DNA of 63,789 nucleotides, filler included, from Olpidium bornovanus S191 (GCA_017911155.1; 24 parts of 24 records of this genome joined end to end with filler, not necessarily neighbours in it); one strand, 5' to 3'. Positions 36,570 through 47,612 are shown, counted from the whole stretch's first letter. A program made the numbers and translations. The notes: generated by a model not told the origin, from the letters alone.

Positions 36570-37505
36570 ATGACCGACCATGGCGACGAACCGACGGCTG
36601 CCGAGGAGAAGGTGAGGGGGCTGGGCAGAGGCCCGTGCTGCCCGCGCTGCCCGCGCTGGGATTCTTTTCCCCCTTGCTCGAGCGCCGCGCCCGGAAGGAG
36701 GAGGAGCGCGCTGGAGCGCGTGGAGGCGGCAGTTGCCGGAAACCCCCGGGCGGCGAAGCAGGAAGGGGGGACGGGCGCGCGCAAAATTGACCCGACAAAG
36801 AGCGCGGGAAGAAAGTCGAGACCGCATCAGCGCGAGTCCTTGCAAAGTCCCTCAGGAAACAAAAAAAAAGAAAATGACGATAAATGAATAAATGAATGCT
36901 TCAGACTTGCCTAGTAGCTTACGTTTCCGGTCTTCCTTGACCCGGGCGGAGCTCGCATAACACTAACCCCTTCCCAACCCGCCGTCGCCTTTGTTCGTCG
37001 TCCCTCGACGCCGTCGGTTGGAATTTCCCGTTCAGCGCGTCGAAGCTGGGGATGCCGGCAACGAGGACGAGGTCGCACCGAGTGCCGAACTCCACTTCGA
37101 GCCGGTCGTGAAGCTCGAGGAGGTTGAAGTTAGGACGAACGAGGAGGACGAGGACGTGCTCTTTAAGAAGTGAGTTGGGCGTCAGGCCGCCCTTCCTCCT
37201 CCTCCCCCTCTTCTCTCCGAATAATCGCGGAACGTCGAACGACACCGGATTATGGGCACCGCGAGGGGAGCATCCCCCGTCAAAAACGGCTGCGAAAGTA
37301 AAATTTCAATTGCCCGGCGAGACAAACGGGGCAGCGCGGCGGCCGAGGCATCTTGTTTACGCGTCCTGCGGTGTCTCCCCGCCCGGCTCCAGGCGGGCCA
37401 AGCTTTTCCGGTTCGATAAGGACGCCAAGGAGTGGAAGGAACGGGGCACAGGGGAAGTCCGCTTCCTGCAGCACAGGGTGTTCAAAAAGATCCGCCTGGT
37501 CATGC
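36570..37505 (+). CDS. YRB1: Ran-binding protein 1, 5' part (3 exons)
   Basis: Exons 36570-36611, 37036-37169, 37393-37505: [26 protein letters not shown]|[25 protein letters not shown]. Confidence 0.97.
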
Positions 37506-37606
37506 NNNNNNNNNNNNNNNNNNNNNNNNNNNNNNNNNNNNNNNNNNNNTTAATTAATTAANNNNNNNNNNNNNNNNNNNNNNNNNNNNNNNNNNNNNNN
37601 NNNNNC

Positions 37607-38290
37607 ATGGACGTGGTGTTTCCGCCTTCAAAGGGCGAGTCGCCGGACGACCCGCCCGTCCTGCAGCTGTTCGGCGCCGGGACCGTCCGCGGAGACGTCG
37701 GCCTCGCCGACGCGCCGCCGCTCGGGGCGCTGGTCGGTTGGGCGGTGCACGGGCGCGTGAGCGTGACCTCGGCGAGGGTGTCTCGCCTCGCGGCCTTTGC
37801 CGTGCGCGACGGGGCCGTCAATGCCCGCCTCGTGACGGGCGACGGGGACGTGCGGGCCTGTTCGGTCAACGGCGAGGTCGCGGCCGGTCTCGCCCCCACC
37901 GGCCGGTCCTCCGGGGTCGTCGTCAAGGGCGTCAATTCCATCGTCCGCCTGCACGCCTCCGACGAGTTTTCCGGCAGCTTCCGCGCCGACACGGTCAACG
38001 GCCTCGTGAAAGTCTCCGGAGAAGGGGTGGAATTCCAGGAGCGCACCCTGCATTCCGCCGCCGGCACCCACGGGTCCGGGAACCAGACCCTCCGCGTCAG
38101 CACAGTCAACGGAGCGGTGGTGAGTTTTCCGCTCCTGTCGACGGAGGACGGCGAGGGTTTTCCTGGGCCGGGAGGGGGGGGGGGGGGGGGGGGGGGGCAC
38201 AAACGGCCGCGGGACACGCAGGGACCTGACCCTTCGTCGCTTCTCGACCCAGAGTCTCCATTTCGGGCCGATGCATGGCAAGCACCTTGA
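37607..38290 (+). CDS. DUF4097/putative-adhesin beta-repeat protein, C-terminal part
   Basis: Repeated short Gly/Val beta strands (SVNGEV, TVNGLV, STVNGAV) and FSGSFRADTVNG. A possible GT donor follows NGAV. Confidence 0.65.
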   Translation: MDVVFPPSKGESPDDPPVLQLFGAGTVRGDVGLADAPPLGALVGWAVHGRVSVTSARVSRLAAFAVRDGAVNARLVTGDGDVRACSVNGEVAAGLAPTGRSSGVVVKGVNSIVRLHASDEFSGSFRADTVNGLVKVSGEGVEFQERTLHSAAGTHGSGNQTLRVSTVNGAVVSFPLLSTEDGEGFPGPGGGGGGGGGHKRPRDTQGPDPSSLLDPESPFRADAWQAP

Positions 38291-38490
38291 GTGATAACAC
38301 GAAGCCCCGAGGTAAGATGCGCACCTGTCCTGCTGTTGGCACCTCCGTCATTACTCCCAGTTCCGCCTCCCACACGGACCACAAATCCCCCGGTCCTTCT
38401 GGAGGCTTAGCTAGCTTCACGGCATACTCCACATCTAGCCTTTTTTGATTTTTTGTTACCTCTGTGGTTTCGTAACGCCTCCAAGGGGAG

Positions 38491-38550
38491 AACTCTGGCC
38501 GCCATTTGCAGAACCCCAAAAACTCTGGCCGCCGTTTGCAGACCCAGAAA
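38491..38550. repeat. 30-bp tandem duplication
   Basis: AACTCTGGCCGCC(A/G)TTTGCAGA... at 38491 and 38521. Confidence 0.9.
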
Positions 38551-39629
38551 AACATGACGGACCGGCTCACGCACGTGTTTCCGGACGGTCATAGCCGTTT
38601 GCCTCTCTCGTCCAGAGAGGCGGGGTGACGTCGGATTTTTGCGGCGGATACGGAGGAAGAGCTGGGGTGGGGGCGGGGGGGGGGGGGGGAATCTAGTAAA
38701 CTGGCCGGTTGGGTGGACGGGGTCGGCGGAGAACTTTGGTCCCCCGTTCCGGCCGCGCGCGCTGGGTCCGACGGACGGCGCCGGTTTTTTTATTTTTCTT
38801 TTTTCCGAGCCTTCGCGGAGTCAGGACGCGTACGCCGGCCAACGGCACGGCCGGGTTTTCACCCCGCGGTTTTGCGGTCCCGGCGCCGAAGCCGGGCTTT
38901 TTTCAGCGGGCCGGGGGGGGGGACCGGGTTTGAACGTTTACTGATTTTTTTTTTAGATTTCAGGGTGAAAAGGTTTATATCAGGTTCCATCAGTGTGTGA
39001 AGATTAAGGACGAGGGGGGGGGGGAGGGAGGGAGGGCCGCCTGCTCAAAAAATTGTCACGTAGGTTTTGCAGTTTGGGGGGCAGCATTTCCCCTTCAAAC
39101 GGACCGCGACGCGCAGTTTTGCACGACCCCCCCCCCCCCTTGCGCCCCCGCGAACGCACACGCGTGCGGCGCGCGCCCTCTTTCGGTTTCTGGAAACATC
39201 CGCTCTGAGCCCGCCCGAGGGTTGAACCGCCGAGCTCCCCACCACCACCACTCCCTCCCTCCCCGCGCCCGGTTGGCGCTGAAAGTTTCTTCCCCCGGCC
39301 CCCCCCCGGCGCTCTCGCGAGGCCCCCCCGGAGCGAAGGGGGGGGGGAAGGAGGGGGGAGACGAGACGCTGCTTCTCGGCGTGGAAGAGAGAGAAGCGAA
39401 GGACCCCGGGGGATCTGCCCGCGGCACCCGGGTGGCCCTCGGTCGTTCCGCACGCCGGGCGATCGCCGCGCCTGGGTTGATGGTGGGGCGCCGGCACACC
39501 GAAAAATTTGCAGTCAATATTTTGTGTAGTGTTATATACAGTTATTATTAGTTGTTATCTTATTTCATTTTTTATTAATTAAAATATTATATAGTTATAA
39601 ATGTTATCCTATTATTCTTGAGGGTTTGC

Positions 39630-39930
39630 TATCCGGCGCACCCCGTGCGCGGGATAACTAACCGGCGCACCACTTAAGACTAATTGACTTTTTTAAACCA
39701 CACACGCAGTACTGTACACCACACTGTACTGTACTGTACTGTATGCCGCACTGAATTTGCACAGTACTGTGCACCCACACCGTACTGTACACTACCCCGT
39801 ACTGACGCTAATCCCAACCCCTAACCCTAAACCTAACCCTAGCCCTAACCCTAACCTCGCTCGCAAGGGGCTTTTTCCATCCACCACACGCCCAAACCCT
39901 TAACCCTAACCCCTAACCTTTAACCCTAAT
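39630..39930. mobile_element. Hairpin + (ACTGT)n + degenerate (CCCTAA)n element, possibly a non-autonomous Helitron2/Helentron-like repeat
   Basis: Hairpin 39630-39656, CCGGCGCACC repeated at 39633 and 39662, pentamer array 39708-39805, telomere-type hexamers 39810-39857 and 39892-39930. Confidence 0.4.
39810..39930. repeat. Interstitial degenerate TTAGGG/CCCTAA telomere-like repeats (two blocks)
   Basis: ...CCCCTAACCCTAAACCTAACCCTAGCCCTAACCCTAACCT... The block lies inside the contig with unique sequence on both sides. Confidence 0.9.
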
Positions 39931-40269
39931 CAGTACTTTACGCGTCCGTCCCGGAGGTAGCATCGGCACTTGTCGACGCCGCCGGCGCCGCCAAAGCTGC
40001 CAGTGTCAGCGTATGCGCATGGACCGGTTCTGAAGCAGCGTGCTGGGCCATGCCAACGAATAATCGTTTCGGGTGCCCCTGAGATCTCAGCGGCTTCGCT
40101 GCCGCTTGACTGCGGTCCACTTTCCCCTAGATCTCATCCTAGAGTGTTTTTTTTTGTTGTTGGTTCGCGNNNNNNNNNNNNNNNNNNNNNNNNNNNNNNN
40201 NNNNNNNNNNNNNTTAATTAATTAANNNNNNNNNNNNNNNNNNNNNNNNNNNNNNNNNNNNNNNNNNNN

Positions 40270-42012
40270 ATGACCTTACTTAGTTCATCGCTGGTGTACA
40301 CGTCGTTCTTTCCCCTAAACGCGAACGACGTCCACAGGATGAAAAGTTTTGCAGCCCTGGCCAACCTGTTCTTCACATTCTCCGACTTGCACGATTCCGA
40401 ACTTCGACAGCTCGGACACGACGGCGGCACAGAGTCTGACCCGAATTCCGAAAAGTTTGCGGCGACTCAATTGGCTATTGGCAAACGCCCGCGGTTGATC
40501 TGGGCGGTGCAAGACTTTAACCTGGCGAATCTTGCGAATTCGGGGCGGACCGTGCACGAGTTGTTGGACACGCTGCTGTCGGGGACACTCCTCGGACGAA
40601 AGGATATGGACCTGCAGCTGCTAAGGTCCATGTTCTCCGATATCCGGCTGGTTCCCATTCCCCGCCCGTCGAACGATGACGGGGTGCTTGCGAGCATGGA
40701 CAGGTTGACCGAGGTGGGCTACCTGCCAGGGTACAAGGAAGCGCTGGAATCGCTGTCGAAGGCGGCTTTGGAGAGTATCACGCCGATCGCGTTTGAGGAC
40801 GGGAGGCCAATGTCGGGCCAGCAGTTTCTCAAGGCGTTCAATTGGTGGGTCGACGGGGAGGGGCTGGAAGTCGAGGAACGCAGCACGTGGCTTTCCACCG
40901 TCTTGTCGAAGTTGGAAGTATCCGGACGCGGACACGCGCACCACTTCCGCCGGTACGCAGAGACTCTTCTCAGCGAGCGCGTCCAACTCTGGCAAAGCCA
41001 AAGAGAGGCGATCATCGCGGAGGCCGCGAGAGCAGGCCGTCACCTGCCCGTCTCCATGAGCCAGGAACGGCTGGAGGTGTTCGCACGGAGCCTGGCGGAG
41101 TTCCGAGAGGCCGAAGCGGCCCGGCTGGGGTCCCGGATCACGAGGCTCGGCCTGGAGCCGTCGAAAGTATCCGCTTACGCCCAATTTACTGCGGTCGACG
41201 GGCCGAACATCCAGCTCGAATTTGAGGACGCCTACGTCCGCCGCGCACTGGAGGAACACGAGCACGTGCTAGACGCGCTGGTGTCGCGTTGGAAAGCGAG
41301 CCTGGAATCGCTTCTGGCGACCCAGCTGGCCGCAAAGCTGGGCTTTCCTGACGCCGGGAAGTCGGCGGACAACCTGGGGCCCGTGTTGCCTCCCGTGTGT
41401 GAGGTCTACTGGCTGAGGGTAACGCTGCTATCCCGGCTCGAACGCGAGAGGAAGCGGGCTCTGAGTTCCTTCAACGTCATCGCCGAGGCGAAGGGCCTGC
41501 CGCACGAGGGGACGGCGAAGGAGGCGACGGACGACCAGCGGCGGCGGCTCGCGGCGAGCCCCGCGCTGGAAGCCCTCGAGGAACAGATCCAGCTGGAGTA
41601 CGACGCGTGCCCCAACATGATCTACGAGCACGCCGTCCGCCGCCCGGCGCGCGCCGCTTCGCTGGTCCTGGCGCCGCACGCCCGCTTCCTGGCGGACGCG
41701 GTGCTCCTCCCGCTGTCGCACGCGGCGTTCGCCTACCTCCTTCCGGCCTCGACGGCGGCCTTCGCGGCGTGCGTGGTCGTCGGGCAGGTGCGCCGCGCGC
41801 TGCCGGGGGCCGTGCGCCGCGCGTCGGCGCTCGCCGAGTACGGCCTCACGGCGGCCATCGTCGGGGCGGCGTCCTACGGGTTCTGGCGGCTCGCCGGCGG
41901 CAAGGAGGCCGTCGCCGGCGCCCTTCGCGAGATCCAGGGCCAGCTCGCGGCCGTCGGTGCGATCACGATCCTGTGGGTGTTCTGGAGGTCGCGCGCCAAG
42001 AGCTTCGCGTGA
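40270..42012 (+). CDS. Guanylate-binding-protein/atlastin-superfamily GTPase, 5'-truncated, with helical region and hydrophobic C-terminal segments
   Basis: TLLSSSLVY, PRLIWAVQDFNL (G4-like xDF), LVPIPRP and GRPMSGQQFL match the second half of a GBP G-domain. The P-loop lies beyond the contig start. 580 codons are uninterrupted. Confidence 0.72.
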   Translation: MTLLSSSLVYTSFFPLNANDVHRMKSFAALANLFFTFSDLHDSELRQLGHDGGTESDPNSEKFAATQLAIGKRPRLIWAVQDFNLANLANSGRTVHELLDTLLSGTLLGRKDMDLQLLRSMFSDIRLVPIPRPSNDDGVLASMDRLTEVGYLPGYKEALESLSKAALESITPIAFEDGRPMSGQQFLKAFNWWVDGEGLEVEERSTWLSTVLSKLEVSGRGHAHHFRRYAETLLSERVQLWQSQREAIIAEAARAGRHLPVSMSQERLEVFARSLAEFREAEAARLGSRITRLGLEPSKVSAYAQFTAVDGPNIQLEFEDAYVRRALEEHEHVLDALVSRWKASLESLLATQLAAKLGFPDAGKSADNLGPVLPPVCEVYWLRVTLLSRLERERKRALSSFNVIAEAKGLPHEGTAKEATDDQRRRLAASPALEALEEQIQLEYDACPNMIYEHAVRRPARAASLVLAPHARFLADAVLLPLSHAAFAYLLPASTAAFAACVVVGQVRRALPGAVRRASALAEYGLTAAIVGAASYGFWRLAGGKEAVAGALREIQGQLAAVGAITILWVFWRSRAKSFA

Positions 42013-42299
42013 AAGGGCGCCATCCTCCCCACCCCCCCCTCCCCTTCTGAACGACGGGCGTGGAACCAAAGGAGACAAAGGAAGACGGGTGCGCAATGGA
42101 GGGACCAAGGATGGAGGGCGGAGACGGCCGACGGCGGACGGCGGGGACGCCGGAGATGCCGGAGACTGCACTGCGCAGTTCGGAACGCTGTAGAGTTTCT
42201 ACAGTCTTTCGGTTTGTTTTGTATGGCGTCGGCGTGCGGGATTTACAGGGGGAAGAAAGGAGGGATGATTCCCGCAGGAGTCTGCGCTACCGACTACGT

Positions 42300-42732
42300 C
42301 CGACCCCCTTTTCCCCTTTTTTCCAACACCCCACCTCTCCAAGGGAGTCTATCACGCCCATGGTCATGTCTATCTGCCTATATATTGCTGCTCCTTCCTT
42401 TCACTGCGCTTGGGCTCAGGCGGTTAGCCTGTTTGCTGCCTACGCGGGACGCAGGCCGACCATTTCCCGAAACTTGGCAAACTTGATCTTATCTAAGGGC
42501 TTTGTGAACACGTTCGCGGGATTCTCGGTCGTTCCTATGCGGCGTATGCTGATGCTTCCCTTTGCAGCGCACCAGCAGAGCTGGTGGTAGTGGATGTCGA
42601 TATGTTTCGACCTCTTCGACACCTTATTGTCCCGACGCTAACTCTGCCGCGCCCGTATTGTCGATCATCAGCTCAGTTGGTTGGGCGACGACATGGGGAT
42701 CAATCAGCTGGATGAGAGTACGTAGCCATTTG
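42300..42732 (-). mobile_element. Degenerate Ty1/copia 3' end: RNase H C-terminus, PPT and start of the 3' LTR
   Basis: KWLRTLI...MIDNTGAAELAS/frameshift/KVSKRSKHIDIHYH...ENPANVFTKPLDKIKFAKFREMVGL*. PPT 42342-42329, then TGTTGGAA at 42328. Confidence 0.9.
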
Positions 42733-44024
42733 NNNNNNNNNNNNNNNNNNNNNNNNNNNNNNNNNNNNNNNNNNNNTTAATTAATTAANNNNNNNNNNNN
42801 NNNNNNNNNNNNNNNNNNNNNNNNNNNNNNNNGCGGAAAAGCGCGACGGAGAGGGAGCTTTAAGGCCCGGACGGCGGCAATGGTGCGGCGGCGGCGGGCG
42901 GGCGAGCTCGGATGGGGGCGCGACGGCCAACGGCGGCTACGGCGGAAAAAAAAGCTTATCTCGGCAGAGCGAGAAGTGGCGAGGCGAGCGGGGCCAAAGG
43001 GCCGCGCGACGGTGGCGACGAGCGGGCGGGGCGTCGACGATGAAGCGGGCTGACGGTTAAGCGGGCGAGCTCGGCGGCGCGCGCCCGCCTCCCTCCCTCC
43101 CTCCCGCCTCCGCCTCCGCCTCCGCCTCCTGGGCCTGTAGCGCGCTGACGGTCACGTGACCCGCAGATCGCGTCACTACGGGTTCACAAACGGAAAGAAA
43201 AAAAAAAATCGTCCAATCCTGCTCGGTCCGGCGTGCACCCCGCCGGGTAACATCAGCTCCGCCAGGACGCCGTCGGGGCGCAGCAAAAAAAAAAAAAAAA
43301 ACCACACAGTTTGAAATTTTGCTGCCGCCGGCCGCCTGCCTTTTTGAACGCGAAGACGACAACTGACAGGCTCGCTCTTTTCGCTGTCGAGTCGCCGCCG
43401 CCGCCGCCGCCGACCGGCGTCGGACTCGCCGCTCCGCCGTGTTCCCGTCCGGTCCAGGGATACTGGTGGGAGAAGACCGGGCTCCTGTCTCGATGTCGAA
43501 CTCTTTTACGGAAAAACCAAAAACCGGAAACACCAGATCTGTCTCGATGCGGGAAACAGGGCCTGAACACACTACGTTCGGAGTCGTCGTCCGCCGTTCG
43601 AAATCACCCGTCGTGCCCCGCGCAGCAGCCACGCAGTGCACGTGTCCGTCCTTCTTCTGAGCCTGGCGCCGCCGCCGGCCGGGGCGGCACCACCGGCGGT
43701 GGCTGGGCCCCCCCGTGGCTGCTCTGGCGGGGCGGTGCTCGAGCGACCTGCGAACAAGACGGAGAACGAAACTGTCCGCAGAGGCGTCCACAAAATGCAG
43801 AAACCGCTCGCTTACGTTAAGCGAAGCGAGGAAAACGAAAAGACTGTGCCCCCCCCCCCCTCCCCACCCACCGCCGGGATCTCTCCTGCCGGGGCGGGGT
43901 TCGAGGACAGAAGGCCCGAACAAATTTTGTCAGGAATTGAGGTAAATGTTTTGGTGGAAGGGGGGGGAAGGCGGTCGACGAGGACCAGGCCCGGCCTCCC
44001 CTCGCCTACGGCAGGGCGAGACCG

Positions 44025-44067
<43 letters not shown>

Positions 44068-44600
44068 AAAAAAAAACGGGGCGCGGCGGAAAACTTCTTC
44101 GTCCGCACGCCGCGCGGGCGTTTCCGGCCGCGGAGAGAACGCGTTGCGCACACAGGGGATATCCCCGGCAAAGACGAGAAAGGCCGCACGGTGGAGCCAG
44201 CCCCCCCGCCTGGGCAAATTTGTGAGGTGACCGAGTGGTGTTTTTTGGGTGTTGGCAACGATGAGAGTTCTGAATCCAACCCGCCGGCACCACCAACCAG
44301 GGGGGAGGGGGGGATTGTGCGTGCGTCGCGGGGCCCACGCGTGTGCCACCCATCATCATCATCATCATCATCGTCGCGCCAACTGGGCGCGCGTGCGCTC
44401 CGACCCCACCGCGCCAACACCTCCTCCTCCTCTTCTTCCTCTTAGGCCGCTTTCCGCCGCGCAGACGACGGACACGCGCAGAGCGTATGGTGTTGATACN
44501 NNNNNNNNNNNNNNNNNNNNNNNNNNNNNNNNNNNNNNNNNNNTTAATTAATTAANNNNNNNNNNNNNNNNNNNNNNNNNNNNNNNNNNNNNNNNNNNNC

Positions 44601-45947
44601 GGAGATTACGTGCTCGGAAAGGTGCTCGGGCGGGGCATGTTTTCGGTCGTGCGGCAGGCTTACACGATGCGCGGGAAGGTGAACGAGATCAACGTGGTCG
44701 CCGTCAAAATCATCAAGCGAAAGCCTGACGCCGACGACGAGCAGCCGGGCTCGCAAGCGGAACGCGAAATCGACGTTTGGCGGCAAGCTCGACACGAGCG
44801 GCTGGTCCGACTCATAGACGTCGCCTACCTTCCCCAAGCGACGTTCATGTTCTGCGACCTGTGTCCGAGGGGGAACCTCCTCAACCACCTTCTGAAAAAC
44901 GGCGCGCCCGGCTTGCCGGAGGACGGGGCCGCGCGGTTGTGGACGCAAGTGTGCGCGGGAGTGCAATACCTCCACGAGACCCTGCGCGTGGCACACAGGG
45001 ACATCAAACTGGAGAACATATTCCTTTCCGAGTCCGGAGACGTGAAGCTCGGCGATTTCGGATTCGCCGAATACATCGACCGGTCGACTTTCTCGGCGGC
45101 CGGAGACGCGGCGGGCGCTTCCGGGGCGCACGACGGGAAGACGGCGTTCAAACGCGAGATACCGCCCACCCTGGGCTCCGTCGCCTACTGCGCCCCGGAA
45201 ATCCTCCGCCCGGACAGGGCGCAGCCGGAAGCGTCCGAGAGGAAGCTGCAGGCGATGGCGGCCGCCCTGAAGCTCCCGGCCGGCGACTGCTGGGCGCTGG
45301 GCGTCATCCTGTTTGCTCTGGTAACGGGGATCCTCCCGTTCGCCGACGATTTCGAGCCGCGGCTGGTCGTCAAGATCATAAACCTCCAGTACCCGTGGTC
45401 GCCCGACTTCAGGCCGGTGCCGGTCACCCCGTCGGCGTGTTCCGGCTTCGGCGACTTCTTCTCCCCCCAGTGCAGGCAGCAGCAGCAGGCGCAGGACGCG
45501 TTCCCGCAGGGCCGCGGTCCCGCGACGTCCCAGCGGCACGGCAACGCGCCGGCCGCGCCCTCGTCGCCGTCTTCGCCTGACAGATCCCCCCCGGCGCCCC
45601 GGTCACCGCCGCTTTCGCCGCCGTCGACCGCGCCCGCGTGCCCCTCCGCGAAGTCCTCCTCGGGGCAGCAGCAGGCGCAGCAGCAGTTCCTCCAGCACCA
45701 GGGGCCGCCCGCGTGTTTCCCGCAGAGGCGGGGTTTGGCGGCGGCGGCGGCGGCGGCGGGCCACACGGCCGGTGCGCCGCGGTCCCGCCGCAACTCGTTC
45801 GCCGACCAGCAGGCCGACGCGACGAAGATGGGGTCCCCGGAAGTCCGCGCGCTGGTCGCCGGCCTGCTCACCGTCAGCTGGCGCGACCGCCTGTCCGTCC
45901 GCGAAGCCCTGCAGACCGACTGGGTGCGCCGCCACGGGGTTTCGTGA
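44601..45947 (+). CDS. CAMK-group Ser/Thr protein kinase, 5'-truncated
   Basis: GRGMFSVV, VAVKII, HRDIKLEN, DFG, GSVAYCAPE, DCWALGVIL, with long Gln/Pro/Ala inserts in the C-lobe. Confidence 0.95.
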   Translation, partial: GDYVLGKVLGRGMFSVVRQAYTMRGKVNEINVVAVKIIKRKPDADDEQPGSQAEREIDVWRQARHERLVRLIDVAYLPQATFMFCDLCPRGNLLNHLLKNGAPGLPEDGAARLWTQVCAGVQYLHETLRVAHRDIKLENIFLSESGDVKLGDFGFAEYIDRSTFSAAGDAAGASGAHDGKTAFKREIPPTLGSVAYCAPEILRPDRAQPEASERKLQAMAAALKLPAGDCWALGVILFALVTGILPFADDFEPRLVVKIINLQYPWSPDFRPVPVTPSACSGFGDFFSPQCRQQQQAQDAFPQGRGPATSQRHGNAPAAPSSPSSPDRSPPAPRSPPLSPPSTAPACPSAKSSSGQQQAQQQFLQHQGPPACFPQRRGLAAAAAAAGHTAGAPRSRRNSFADQQADATKMGSPEVRALVAGLLTVSWRDRLSVREALQTDWVRRHGVS

Positions 45948-46466
45948 ACCCGGGGGGGGGGCGGGGCCCACCCCGCTTTCTCTCCCGCTCCCCGTTGGGG
46001 ATGGGGCGTAACACCGTCGAAAATGATTTGCAATTTTTTTTTTTCCCCGCTTCATTTACAGTAAGGACCGGATCCCGGGGGGATAACCACTGGGGGGAAA
46101 GACAGGAAAGACGGCTTTTGCCTCGAGGTGGCAGTAACCTTGCGCGGCGCTCACGTGGGGAACGGAGGTTTTTGCTCCTGCGGCAGCAGCCGCAAGTTTT
46201 TAGCAAGCTTCTCTCTATCGGGCCTCCCTGTTGCACTTTCCCGAATCCCTCCCCTCTCGCCTACGTACGCACAACATACCCACCCTTTCCTTTTCGCCAC
46301 AAAAAAAAAAAAAAATCTTTTTACCCCCCACACCAGTGGGAGCCCGCCCCACCCAACGCGGACCGCGTGGTTTTTCTCGGTTTTTTCTTTTTTTTTTGTT
46401 TTTTTCCTTCCATCCTTCTTCGGTGGGTGGCGGGGGGGGCGTGGGTGGCGGGGGGCGGGCCCAAGG

Positions 46467-46505
<39 letters not shown>

Positions 46506-46587
46506 TTTTTGGTTTTTTTTTTTGGTTTTGGTTTTTTTTTTTGGTTTTGTTTTTTTTTTTTGGTTTTGGTTTTTTTTTTGGTTTTAG

Positions 46588-46621
46588 TGATGGTGATGGT
46601 GATGGTGATGGTGATGGTGAC
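46588..46621. repeat. (GGTGAT)n hexamer array, preceded by a ~100-nt T-rich tract punctuated by GG
   Basis: Seen directly at the contig end. Confidence 0.9.
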
Positions 46622-46730
46622 GAGGAGAANNNNNNNNNNNNNNNNNNNNNNNNNNNNNNNNNNNNNNNNNNNNTTAATTAATTAANNNNNNNNNNNNNNN
46701 NNNNNNNNNNNNNNNNNNNNNNNNNNNNNC

Positions 46731-46922
46731 ATGATCGAGGCGAAGGCCCTCCTCGCCAAGATCGCGTCCCGGTTCGAGTGGAAGCTCGTCCCCGGCCAGG
46801 CGCTGACCATCACCTCCGCCGTCACCGCGGGCCTGAGGGGCGGCCTGCTGGTCGAGCTGCGCCCGCGGGAACGGCGGCGCAGGCCGCCGGCGACGCCGGA
46901 CGCGCTTCCTCGCTCGGTTTGA
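46731..46922 (+). CDS. Cytochrome P450, extreme C-terminus
   Basis: MIEAKALLAKIASRFEWKLVPGQALTITSAVTAGLRGGLLVELRPR matches the L-helix/beta-3 region after the heme Cys. The heme motif is off-contig. Confidence 0.72.
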   Translation: MIEAKALLAKIASRFEWKLVPGQALTITSAVTAGLRGGLLVELRPRERRRRPPATPDALPRSV

Positions 46923-47056
46923 CCCCGCGGATCAACCCCCCCCCCGTGTTTGGCTCCCCCCCCCTATTGACAGGATAAAACAAGTTTCCTCGGTCCCCCT
47001 TTTCTGCATCTCGCGCGCGCGCGGTCACTTCTTTGAACGGAAACACGGTCGTGACC

Positions 47057-47101
<45 letters not shown>

Positions 47102-47118
47102 AGAAAAAAAAAAAAAAA

Positions 47119-47155
<37 letters not shown>

Positions 47156-47542
47156 AAAAGAAAAAACGCCGGTCGTCGAACGGGAGCACCCCTGGCTGTT
47201 GAGGATCCGACGACACGTCAGCATCCCGTAGTATGGGGGGTTACAGGGCAGAAATCCCGGGGCGTGGCGCGCAGCGCAGTTAGCGCTAGTAACTACCGGG
47301 CCTACGCACCGTGCCTGGGCTATGTCAGCTCCGCCCGCTGAAAATCCGTGCAGGATTCGAACCTGGTCTGCCGAACACGCGTCAGCCAAGAGGAGAGGCG
47401 GTCCCGAACGGGTGCCGGCCGGACACGCCGGGCTTGGACATGATCTCCCCGGTCCGATCACGCCCTGCATTTGCCTGGCGACCCGGAACACACGGGCCTG
47501 GCAGTACAGCTCGCGGGAAAGTGGTGAGATGCCCAGGTAAGG

Positions 47543-47612
47543 GGCCCGCTGCGGGGTTTAAACCCGCGGTTGCCTGGTTGAAGGGCGGCATGGTAACCAA
47601 CCCGCCGCGGGC
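47543..47612 (-). pseudogene. Degenerate tRNA-like sequence (tRNA-Glu-like; pseudogene or SINE head)
   Basis: 6-bp acceptor stem GCCCGC/GCGGGC and a perfect T-arm GCGGG-TTTAAAC-CCCGC; D and anticodon arms are distorted. A separate canonical B-box (GGTTCGAATCC, minus strand) lies at 47353-47363. Confidence 0.4.

Noticed and set aside
38330-38480. Minus-strand peptide VEYAVK...WSVWEAE as a chromodomain remnant
   Set aside because: Only two short motifs match with poor spacing, and there is no adjacent integrase sequence.
47430-47540. 5S rRNA-like fragments (CCCGGTCCGATCA, CGGGCCTGG..AGTAC) suggesting a SINE3
   Set aside because: The matches are short, the spacing is ~13 nt off from 5S, and they are plausible by chance at this GC content.
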